Notes under the pieces: model-generated
Database searches by the model: none
Told to the model about the DNA's origin: nothing
The model's input: the letters and a program-made list of their open reading frames with translations, nothing else
Part shown: positions 57,292 through 64,000 of the stretch, one piece after another
Layout: the number at the start of each line of letters is the position of its first letter
How positions within the stretch are numbered: position 1 is the stretch's first letter
Virus record (IMG/VR): IMGVR_UViG_3300010413_002950
Coordinates: 26,088-90,087 of that record
Length of the DNA stretch: 64,000 bases
Reading direction: 5' to 3' (one strand)
Source: a virus
Program-made: the position numbers and the translations under genes

Positions 57292-57553
57292 TTCTCATTC
57301 CTTTCTTCCTACATGGAATTGTTTGTCCCACAGTGGTGTAGACTCGTGGCAATTTATGCTCTGGAGCGGGTGGAGGACAGCAATTAAGATGTGACTCTCT
57401 AGCTCCTTCTGGAACCAGGACGATAGCTTTTAGCTGCTCTGGTCTGGTTGATCTATCTTCTGGTTCAAATACTTCTAGAATTTCATAGACACGCTCAGGA
57501 AGTATCCTTGGTATTTGCATCATATCCAGCCAGAATCTATCTTCTTTTTGCAT
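57278..57553 (-). CDS. hypothetical protein
   Basis: AAGGAG SD. Confidence 0.6.
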   Translation of the reverse strand: MQKEDRFWLDMMQIPRILPERVYEILEVFEPEDRSTRPEQLKAIVLVPEGARESHLNCCPPPAPEHKLPRVYTTVGQTIPCRKKGMRNEAI

Positions 57554-57568
57554 TTTTGGCTCCTTATG

Positions 57569-57626
57569 GCTAATCTCTATGTCTAGGCCCGTCGCATATA
57601 GCAGCGGGCTAAGAGCTAGGATTAGC
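57569..57626. other. long imperfect hairpin in early intergenic region
   Basis: GCTAATC...GCCCG...CGGGC...GATTAGC nested inverted repeat. Confidence 0.55.
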
Positions 57627-57915
57627 TAGCACACAGCAAGTAAGCTACCATGCAAGTTCCAACGCCAGAAGCATCGCAATCATCAAAAGCTTTTCGGATA
57701 TTGACCACTACTTTATCGCGATCTTGCGGCCATACAACCTTTTCAATCCAGCTACAGATATCAGCCCATGTCCACCAACCATTATAAGGGTGTTGAGCCT
57801 TAATGCATACTGCTTTAGCAGGATAGATACCAAGGTGAGATGGTACATCTCTTGATGGATCGTGTACGCAATGTGCAATTTCCGTATCTGTTTGGTAATA
57901 TGTAAAGTCTGCCAT
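57622..57915 (-). CDS. hypothetical protein
   Basis: Downstream of a promoter; AAAGGA SD. Confidence 0.65.
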   Translation of the reverse strand: MADFTYYQTDTEIAHCVHDPSRDVPSHLGIYPAKAVCIKAQHPYNGWWTWADICSWIEKVVWPQDRDKVVVNIRKAFDDCDASGVGTCMVAYLLCAS

Positions 57916-57945
57916 CTTATTTCCTTTCGTTGTTGCCATAATTAT

Positions 57946-57973
57946 ATTGTAGCACTATTAGGATACTATGCAA
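57946..57973 (-). promoter_or_regulatory. early promoter, family A
   Basis: TTGCAT-N16(TGC)-TACAAT; one of 5 copies. Confidence 0.75.
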
Positions 57974-57975
57974 TA

Positions 57976-58338
57976 CTATTTTGATCTTTTTTGAAATTTT
58001 TCTATGCGCTTCTCGTGATTCCCAATTCCTGGATTGTTTGCTATTGGCAACTCCATTGTATGCATATCCCTACCGGCAAATCGATATTTGTTGATCGTTT
58101 CTTGGCTATAGCCCATTTCCTTCATCTGTCGTAGCAATCTAGCTCTTTCTTTCTTAGCTCCCTTGCCAGGTTCAAATTTTGAATTCAGGACATCCATCTG
58201 CTGAACTGGAGTTAATTTGCTTCTAGCTTCAGCCCTAGCTTCAGCTTCAACCTTTTTCATCTCTCTGTAAGCCTGTAGGATACCACCGTTTTTGTTATTT
58301 CTGACAGCCAATTTCTTAATTTCTTCAGTTATTTGCAT
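57976..58338 (-). CDS. hypothetical basic protein
   Basis: AGGAG SD. Confidence 0.65.
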   Translation of the reverse strand: MQITEEIKKLAVRNNKNGGILQAYREMKKVEAEARAEARSKLTPVQQMDVLNSKFEPGKGAKKERARLLRQMKEMGYSQETINKYRFAGRDMHTMELPIANNPGIGNHEKRIEKFQKRSK

Positions 58339-58517
58339 TTCAAAATCTCCTGTAGCTTTGGCGAAGAAAATTGCACATTGCTCTCAAATGTAGCGTTTCT
58401 AAGCCACTGCCTAAAAGGAATGTAGTTATCTCGTCTTTCCCTCGGTTTGCCCTTCTCAACTCGTTTTGTGAAAAGGAATTTGTGCATTCTTCTTGCTTGC
58501 TTCATTGTTAATGTCAT
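58329..58517 (-). CDS. hypothetical basic protein
   Basis: Operon ORF. Confidence 0.55.
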   Translation of the reverse strand: MTLTMKQARRMHKFLFTKRVEKGKPRERRDNYIPFRQWLRNATFESNVQFSSPKLQEILKCK

Positions 58518-58521
58518 TGTC

Positions 58522-58992
58522 CTACCTTTCGTATAATTTGCGATATCGATCTAGCAAAATTGTAATACCCTCTCTATACAATGATGCCATAGGCTTATTA
58601 GTTTTACGAGAGATTTCTTGCAAATCAAGATATTTGTCATATTGTAAGAAAAACCCCACTCGTTTTTTTGTGGGCCAATTACTTTTTTCTTCAACAATCT
58701 TGAGTATTGGCTTAAATTTCTTGTAATTATTGACTACCCATATACTTGGATCTATCCATTTATCGCCTACCTGTCTTACTTCTTTTGCATACGGTAACAA
58801 GTAGGTAAACAAATAGATTGCTACGCCATGAGCAAATGGAATTCCAAAATGCTTCCAGCGTTCCTTGTATCCATAACATTTATCCGCATGAGCCGAAACC
58901 AATCTATCATTATATTCAACTCCAACCAATTTGCAGAAAGCTTCAAGGTTGCTTTCTAGCCAGTCGTAATGATTTCTATGGCCCTTACCCAT
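58522..58992 (-). CDS. hypothetical protein with C-terminal RHH domain
   Basis: KKRVGFFL...LQEISRKTNKPMASLYREGITILLDRY. Confidence 0.7.
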   Translation of the reverse strand: MGKGHRNHYDWLESNLEAFCKLVGVEYNDRLVSAHADKCYGYKERWKHFGIPFAHGVAIYLFTYLLPYAKEVRQVGDKWIDPSIWVVNNYKKFKPILKIVEEKSNWPTKKRVGFFLQYDKYLDLQEISRKTNKPMASLYREGITILLDRYRKLYER

Positions 58993-59285
58993 TAATTACT
59001 CCTATTGGCTATGGCCTTGGTATATATGCGCCTGGTAATTCTTGCAGCTTTTCTAAGCCTTTTAGCTACTTGCACATACATCCTTCTAGCCCTAATTGAT
59101 TTTGTTGTAACTGCAGATTTGCGCTCATTCTCTCTTGCTCTACAAATATAAAGATTGCTCTCTCCTTCTAGCCAGTTAAGAAATTCTTCTGGCGTTCTAA
59201 TGCCACTCATGTAAGCAGAGTGTAAGCTATCTAGTAGTTGCCTGATTTCATTTTTAGAGAGTTTCAACTGTGTTTCCTTTGTCAT
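58992..59285 (-). CDS. hypothetical protein
   Basis: Follows a promoter; start uncertain (ATG 59285 or downstream TTG). Confidence 0.6.
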   Translation of the reverse strand: MTKETQLKLSKNEIRQLLDSLHSAYMSGIRTPEEFLNWLEGESNLYICRARENERKSAVTTKSIRARRMYVQVAKRLRKAARITRRIYTKAIANRSN

Positions 59286-59290
59286 ATTAT

Positions 59291-59318
59291 ATTGTAGCAT
59301 TATGGTGTGACTTTGCAA
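59291..59318 (-). promoter_or_regulatory. early promoter, family A
   Basis: TTGCAA-N16(TGC)-TACAAT. Confidence 0.7.
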
Positions 59319-59320
59319 GA

Positions 59321-59845
59321 CTATTTTATTCTAAACCAGAAATGAGTTTGTAGCCCATAAGCTGTATTGAAATTAGCTACAGCATTCTTGTAGCCTTTTG
59401 ACGAAAACTGCAAACCAGTAAAAGCTTTTTGGCTATGGGTTGGAGCTGCTTCCAAAGGCTCTAGGATCCATTCCTTAACCAAATAGCGAATTACCTGCTC
59501 TGTTGTGTAGCTATCAACAAAGCATCTTCCATGATACCAATCCAAAACTAGATTATGGATTTCTGAGCCGTCAAGAGTATCATCAATTACCGACATATCA
59601 AATTCTATAGACTTGAAGAACCAGTCTATATCTTCGATTTCAACTAGTACTACTGTTTCATCAGCTTCTAATGTGCTATATCCTGGATCGCCAAATAGGT
59701 TTCTACATTCATAGCTATTATCATGCAAGCCAAGAAATACATATACGGGTATACAATTTATTGCTGATTCAAATATATCTTCTTCCAAAACATATAATTG
59801 TCCTCGATATAGATTTTTTGCCGTTTTTCTATCTAATGCTTTCAT
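59321..59845 (-). CDS. hypothetical protein
   Basis: AAGGA SD; 174 aa. Confidence 0.7.
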   Translation of the reverse strand: MKALDRKTAKNLYRGQLYVLEEDIFESAINCIPVYVFLGLHDNSYECRNLFGDPGYSTLEADETVVLVEIEDIDWFFKSIEFDMSVIDDTLDGSEIHNLVLDWYHGRCFVDSYTTEQVIRYLVKEWILEPLEAAPTHSQKAFTGLQFSSKGYKNAVANFNTAYGLQTHFWFRIK

Positions 59846-59938
59846 CTTTTTATCCTTTCATTTTCAGATATTAGCGGTTATTGCTAACTTTTGTAATCAT
59901 AATTGCACACTAAACTAAATTGGTTTATCATGCAGAAT

Positions 59939-60286
59939 TTACTTTTTGTGTGGCACAAGAAATTGGTTGCCAACTCCACAGTGATCGCAACCTTCATCAT
60001 AAGAGTCTGGCTGTATTGTGCCACACTTAGTACATATCCACCAATATTCTTCTGGCCTTGTTACCTTAGCAATTTCGGCTTTTCTTTTTTCTTCAAGTTC
60101 TTTAAGTCTTTTCAGCCTAGTAGCTTCATCTAATAACACTAGCTCAAGACTATCGTTCTGTAGTGGACAAGTGTCTATTGTAAAATCATCTTTCCAATGT
60201 GTATTTGGATGACCACAATGTTCACCATAGTCATAATCATGATAAAATAGCGGACAATTCTCACAATCTAAAACTTCAAATTTCAT
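59939..60286 (-). CDS. Cys-rich zinc-ribbon protein
   Basis: CENCP...CGHP...CPL and CTKCG...CDHCG; AGGAG SD. Confidence 0.7.
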   Translation of the reverse strand: MKFEVLDCENCPLFYHDYDYGEHCGHPNTHWKDDFTIDTCPLQNDSLELVLLDEATRLKRLKELEEKRKAEIAKVTRPEEYWWICTKCGTIQPDSYDEGCDHCGVGNQFLVPHKK

Positions 60287-60297
60287 TTTATTTTCTC

Positions 60298-60723
60298 CTA
60301 ATAATTTGGACATCCGACATTATGCCAAACAGCTGTTTCGATAGAATTCTCAGATGTTCCATCCCACAGCTCAGGTAAATCATGATCTCCATCAGAATCA
60401 TCCAACATACACTTAGCTAAAAAATGCTCTAATTCGTGAGTAGCGGTTTTAGCTCTCATACATGCTGGCGCATTATTTAGTGCATCAAAGTAGCCAGAAT
60501 TTGTATGAGCGCACCCGCCGAAATCTCCTGGTCCACCACAGCTATCGATCTTGCTTACACCTACTTCTTTAACAGTCCAAATATTACTACAAGAATCAGG
60601 CAATAAGCCAAACCTACTTTCCCATTCATCAACCGTAGCTATTCTAACTTCTTCGAGATCGTAGCTGTATAACTTTGAGCCACAGGCAGATAGCAGAAGC
60701 AGGATTGATAGTAGGTATTTCAT
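60298..60723 (-). CDS. lipoprotein with HExxH motif (putative Zn metallopeptidase)
   Basis: Lipobox LSAC; ATHELEH. Confidence 0.65.
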   Translation of the reverse strand: MKYLLSILLLLSACGSKLYSYDLEEVRIATVDEWESRFGLLPDSCSNIWTVKEVGVSKIDSCGGPGDFGGCAHTNSGYFDALNNAPACMRAKTATHELEHFLAKCMLDDSDGDHDLPELWDGTSENSIETAVWHNVGCPNY

Positions 60724-60743
60724 GTTTCCCTTGCCATAATTAT

Positions 60744-60771
60744 ATTGTAGCACTATCTAGCTACTATGCAA
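60744..60771 (-). promoter_or_regulatory. early promoter, family A
   Basis: TTGCAT-N16(TGC)-TACAAT. Confidence 0.75.
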
Positions 60772-60823
60772 GAACTAATTGCGATTAGATATAGAATTTT
60801 TTGCTCTAGCTTGTAGCTATAAC

Positions 60824-61006
60824 TTATATTTTTGGGTTTAACCATAAAAGAGCTATATGAAACACCCAAGAAATCGCAACCCATAATATCGATAACCAAA
60901 TTGGAGCCAAGATATAACTCCAGCCAATCGTGGTTTGATCAAAAACTCTCAATGCTATAATAGTTGTTTGCACACCAGCTAAACAGCCGATTAGTATATT
61001 TTTAAT
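60824..61006 (-). CDS. 60-aa membrane protein with ATT start (or mutated start codon)
   Basis: AGGAGG-8nt-ATT; IALRVFD..IGWSYILAPIW resembles 63607..63753. Confidence 0.55.
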   Translation of the reverse strand: MKNILIGCLAGVQTTIIALRVFDQTTIGWSYILAPIWLSILWVAISWVFHIALLWLNPKI

Positions 61007-61055
61007 AGTATTTTCCTCCTGTTATTTTGCTATTAGGTTTCTACTATTAGCTCTA

Positions 61056-61081
61056 GCATGTAGCTATTTGCCTACATCTGT
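61056..61081. repeat. 26-bp intergenic repeat with inverted arms, copy 1
   Basis: GCATGTAGCTATTTGCCTACATCTGT, identical to 61713-61738. Confidence 0.85.
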
Positions 61082-61119
61082 TTATTGCCAATTTCTATCA
61101 GCCGTTGCTTTCTACTAAA

Positions 61120-61377
61120 TTATGCCAATTGTAAATTTAGTTTCTTAGCGTGTTGTGTGCCGTAAGTATCAAAGCCATCTGCCATATCCAGGTAGCTCAT
61201 GTAACCATCATAATATGCCCTATCTTGCAAGGTACTGCGAGATAGATTTCTAGCTTGTGTGCGAAGATATGAGAGAGAAATTTGCTTTTCGTCTTGATCT
61301 TTATTGTCTTGCCATCCCCGAGTAAATAACGGATTGTATATTTCTGATTCCAGTGTCCTATTTCTTCTTTTAGCCAT
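61120..61377 (-). CDS. hypothetical protein
   Basis: AAGGAG SD before ATG 61377. Confidence 0.65.
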   Translation of the reverse strand: MAKRRNRTLESEIYNPLFTRGWQDNKDQDEKQISLSYLRTQARNLSRSTLQDRAYYDGYMSYLDMADGFDTYGTQHAKKLNLQLA

Positions 61378-61406
61378 TGTGTTTCTCCTTGTTGCGTCCA
61401 TAATTA

Positions 61407-61434
61407 ATAGTAGCACTCTTTAGCTACAGTGCAA
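61407..61434 (-). promoter_or_regulatory. early promoter, family A
   Basis: TTGCAC-N16(TGC)-TACTAT. Confidence 0.7.
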
Positions 61435-61461
61435 GGAGAAAGAGATAATTTATAAAAAAAA

Positions 61462-61689
61462 TTATAACATTAAATTAGCTAATAATAACAATTCTTGATA
61501 AACAGACCATAACCCTTCACAGTGGTATTCCTCAAACGCTTTGTCGAAAGCCTGATTAGCTTTTGGGTGATCGCTTAAACCAACAGCATTAATAACATCT
61601 TGCTCAAATTCTTTTATCCTACTCGGCATATCATCATGTATAAGATAATAGCCGTTTCTTATTTTCTTTTCAAATTGTGTTGCTTTCAT
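61462..61689 (-). CDS. hypothetical phage protein
   Basis: FEQDVI.AVGLSDHPKA..AFDKAFEEYH pattern; AAGGGA SD. Confidence 0.7.
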   Translation of the reverse strand: MKATQFEKKIRNGYYLIHDDMPSRIKEFEQDVINAVGLSDHPKANQAFDKAFEEYHCEGLWSVYQELLLLANLML

Positions 61690-61712
61690 TATATTATTTC
61701 CCTTTTGCTTTG

Positions 61713-61738
61713 GCATGTAGCTATTTGCCTACATCTGT
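61713..61738. repeat. 26-bp intergenic repeat, copy 2
   Basis: Identical to 61056-61081. Confidence 0.85.
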
Positions 61739-61895
61739 ATCTTCAGCAAATTTGCCGTAGCTTCAGCGTGGGTCAGACAAACACTAAAATTTCACGCTCG
61801 CTCCAATTCTAAGGCTAGTGGGGGGTGCTCTCCCCAGCTACCTATGCTACCTGGCTAATATGCCAATAGCCAAGGCTCAAGGCAAGAAGCAAGGG

Positions 61896-62138
61896 CTAGC
61901 TATTAGCCAACAGCCAATGGCTACTAGCTTCTTCAGCCTTAAGAACCTTGGCATCAATACCATCAGCCACAAATCTAGCTACAGCTTCACTGGCTAGCGC
62001 TTTATTGCCATAGACATAGTAAGAAGCGGTAGATTCAGATATGGGCAATCTCACTACTCTGCCATCAGCTACAGCTTTAGTCCAGTTTCTCTTTCTATGT
62101 AGCTTTTTCTTGTTTTTCTGTTTTGCTCTCCATTTCAT
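61896..62138 (-). CDS. hypothetical protein
   Basis: AAGGA SD. Confidence 0.6.
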   Translation of the reverse strand: MKWRAKQKNKKKLHRKRNWTKAVADGRVVRLPISESTASYYVYGNKALASEAVARFVADGIDAKVLKAEEASSHWLLANS

Positions 62139-62152
62139 TGTTCTTTTCCTTT

Positions 62153-62833
62153 CTACTTCTTTGGGTATGGCTTACATGCTCTAGCTGCAGCCATCACTAC
62201 TGGCTTCCATTGTGTCCACCATGCTAATGCTCTTCGATCCATTTGATTAATTTCTTCATCTGTAAACTTCTTCCACTCTTTGGCTGTATGATACTCGCAG
62301 CCCATCCTGATATTGTCCCTTTGTATATGAGCTATTGACCATATACATTGCATCACAAAATCAGTTTCAGGCAAATTAGCTCCTCGCAAATCGGCTCCTC
62401 GCAAATTAGCTCTATACAAATTAGCTCCTTGCAAATTAGCTCCTCGCAAATTAGCTCCTCGCAAATTAGCTCCTCGCAAATCGGCTCCATACAAATCGGC
62501 TCCATACAAATCGGCTCCTTGCAAATTAGCTCCTCGCAAATCGGCTCCTTGCAAATTAGCTCCATACAAATTGGCTCCATACAAATTGGCTTCTCGCAAA
62601 TTAGCTCCTCGCAAATTAGCTCCATACAAATTGGCTTCTCGCAAATTAGCTCCTCGCAAATTAGCTCCATACAAATCGGCTCCATACAAATCGGCTTCTC
62701 GCAAATTAGCTTCTTGTAAATCAGCTTCTTGTAAATCGGCTTTTTGCAAATTGGCTTTATGCAAATTGGCTTTATGCAAATTGGCTTTTTGCAAATTGGC
62801 AAATGGTTTTATTTTGTATCCATTAACTTCCAT
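62153..62833 (-). CDS. pentapeptide repeat protein 2
   Basis: A(D/N)LXX repeats; C-terminal IRMGCEYH...W..F...I..MD..ALAWW domain. Confidence 0.92.
   Translation of the reverse strand: MEVNGYKIKPFANLQKANLHKANLHKANLQKADLQEADLQEANLREADLYGADLYGANLRGANLREANLYGANLRGANLREANLYGANLYGANLQGADLRGANLQGADLYGADLYGADLRGANLRGANLRGANLQGANLYRANLRGADLRGANLPETDFVMQCIWSIAHIQRDNIRMGCEYHTAKEWKKFTDEEINQMDRRALAWWTQWKPVVMAAARACKPYPKK
62371..62804. repeat. 15-bp coding tandem repeat (pentapeptide array)
   Basis: CAAAT(T/C)(A/G)GCT-N5 units. Confidence 0.9.
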
Positions 62834-62850
62834 CTTACTTTCCTTTCTGG

Positions 62851-63006
62851 CTATTTGCAAAGCTTTACACCCCTAAGATCTGCTTTCACAAGGGGTCCAT
62901 CATACAATATAGACCTAAGTCTTGCTTCTGCTTCTGCATTTTGTCTTTTAGCTCTTTTCACATCAGCTAAAACAAATCTGGCTATTTCAAGAGTGTTATA
63001 TTTCAT
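62851..63006 (-). CDS. 51-aa hypothetical protein
   Basis: Manual translation MKYNTLEIARFVLADVKRAK...; AAAGGA SD after a family B promoter. Confidence 0.55.
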   Translation of the reverse strand: MKYNTLEIARFVLADVKRAKRQNAEAEARLRSILYDGPLVKADLRGVKLCK

Positions 63007-63026
63007 GTTTTTTCCTTTCGTTGCCT

Positions 63027-63055
63027 ATTATGCTATAGTTGTCTGCTGTAGGCAA
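63027..63055 (-). promoter_or_regulatory. early promoter, family B
   Basis: TTGCCT-N17-CATAAT within a ~46-bp repeat also found at 63759-63804. Confidence 0.7.
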
Positions 63056-63065
63056 ATGCTAAATT

Positions 63066-63305
63066 CTAGCAATAACCCCAATCCTTTAGCCATTGCTTCC
63101 AAGGGTGATTTACACCTTCATCTAGATCTCTTTCAAGTAATTTGGCTTGTTGCTCTCCATCTTCAATTATTACTATACGCTGATTTGCTGTATTAAGTGT
63201 ACATGTGGCAGCTACCCGACAAGTATGAGCCCTAATTAGATCTGCAGCTTGAAAACGATTTTTGGCTTTTTTAATTCTATCTCTGTACCCAATTTTGTTC
63301 TTCAT
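63066..63305 (-). CDS. hypothetical protein
   Basis: Coupled ORF. Confidence 0.6.
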   Translation of the reverse strand: MKNKIGYRDRIKKAKNRFQAADLIRAHTCRVAATCTLNTANQRIVIIEDGEQQAKLLERDLDEGVNHPWKQWLKDWGYC

Positions 63306-63508
63306 TTACTTTCCTTTCTATAGGTATTAGCATATTTGCAAATGATTCCCCACTTGTCATTAGCAATTTGATCCATCACCCATTTTTCTTCCATGACCAA
63401 TTCATAGATTTCCTTAGATAATTTGACATTATCTTCTATTTTGTAAGCAACATGAAATAGCTCATGCAACAATTTGTTTAATTTTTGCCTTCTTTCAAGT
63501 GGTGTCAT
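63302..63508 (-). CDS. hypothetical protein
   Basis: AAGGGA SD before ATG 63508. Confidence 0.6.
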   Translation of the reverse strand: MTPLERRQKLNKLLHELFHVAYKIEDNVKLSKEIYELVMEEKWVMDQIANDKWGIICKYANTYRKESK

Positions 63509-63543
63509 TGTCTTTCCCTTTGTTGTCGCTCTTGCCATACTTT

Positions 63544-63571
63544 ATAGTAGCACAATCTAGCTACTATGCAA
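63544..63571 (-). promoter_or_regulatory. early promoter, family A
   Basis: TTGCAT-N16(TGC)-TACTAT. Confidence 0.75.
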
Positions 63572-63606
63572 GGGCCAATTTGATCTTTTTACTATTCAGG
63601 CTACAG

Positions 63607-63753
63607 CTACCTGGCTAATACCCAAGGGATCCAGATAGGAGATAATACCCACCACCAGGACCAATCAATAACATCGACTAGCTTCAGCGTAATAAACACT
63701 ATAGCTAGCGCTCCAGCTAACCCTATACCGCCACTTGAATTGTTGTTACTCAT
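63607..63753 (-). CDS. small membrane protein (LKL..VIDWSWWWVLSPIWI family)
   Basis: Characteristic motif of a widespread small phage membrane protein. Confidence 0.75.
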   Translation of the reverse strand: MSNNNSSGGIGLAGALAIVFITLKLVDVIDWSWWWVLSPIWIPWVLAR

Positions 63754-63775
63754 TGTTCTTTTCCTTTCGTTGTCT

Positions 63776-63804
63776 ATTATGCTATAGTTGTCTGCTGTAG
63801 GCAA
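63776..63804 (-). promoter_or_regulatory. early promoter, family B
   Basis: TTGCCT-N17-CATAAT. Confidence 0.7.
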
Positions 63805-63808
63805 CTGG

Positions 63809-64000
63809 TTAATCAATTAAATACCTTAACTCAGAAAGAAGAGAATCTAGTGTTTTATGGCTCTTTACTCTTTTGCTCCATAGATCTTCATCTGTTCTAA
63901 TTTTCTCAAGAGTGTAAATTGCGGATTTCAGACCTTCTTCGAGCCTAGCTGTTCTTGTCTTTAGCTCATAGTACTTATCTTCCCATTTGATTTTATCCAT
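63809..64000 (-). CDS. hypothetical coiled-coil protein (at window edge)
   Basis: ORF track; start may lie outside the window. Confidence 0.5.
   Translation of the reverse strand: MDKIKWEDKYYELKTRTARLEEGLKSAIYTLEKIRTDEDLWSKRVKSHKTLDSLLSELRYLID

Noticed and set aside
61700-61760. CTGAAGA on the minus strand as a hammerhead ribozyme core
   Set aside because: No properly placed stem II followed by GAAA, and no cleavage triplet with stems I/III could be built.
55696-62804. 15-bp tandem arrays as possible CRISPR arrays
   Set aside because: No unique spacers; the period is 15 nt and fully explained by A(D/N)LXX coding.
1169-63196. Plus-strand ORFs in the track
   Set aside because: All overlap well-supported minus-strand genes, lack recognisable motifs and look like antisense shadows.
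1-64000. Stop-codon reassignment, tRNA genes, integrase
   Set aside because: Genes are intact and densely packed under the standard code using all three stops; no tRNA cloverleaf or recombinase motif was recognised.

Overview
The window is a 64-kb segment of an AT-rich tailed phage genome with a contractile (myovirus-type) tail. Essentially all real genes lie on the minus strand. In transcription order (right to left) it contains: (1) an early/accessory region (~54.2-64 kb) of small genes driven by a family of repeated sigma70-like promoters, including two pentapeptide-repeat proteins, RHH proteins and a lipoprotein with an HExxH motif; (2) packaging and head genes (terS, terL, portal, gpF-like protein, a 1022-aa multidomain prohead protease, scaffold, major capsid); (3) neck, sheath, tube, tail chaperone with a -1 frameshift site, tape measure, baseplate and fibre genes; (4) an M15 endolysin; (5) a replication operon (SF2 helicase with an intein, initiator with a likely internal origin, DnaC-like loader, DnaB, primase, and the 5' part of DnaE), interrupted by a papain-like protease/lipoprotein/holin-like cassette. 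The strongest candidate for a novel system is the helicase intein. It has no in-frame endonuclease, but it hides a complete Vsr/DUF559-type endonuclease gene in the +1 frame, preceded by its own promoter-like sequence. A second striking signal is strong over-representation of AGCT in native genes, which is absent from apparently recently acquired segments. All functional calls come from motif recognition by eye; no searches were run.
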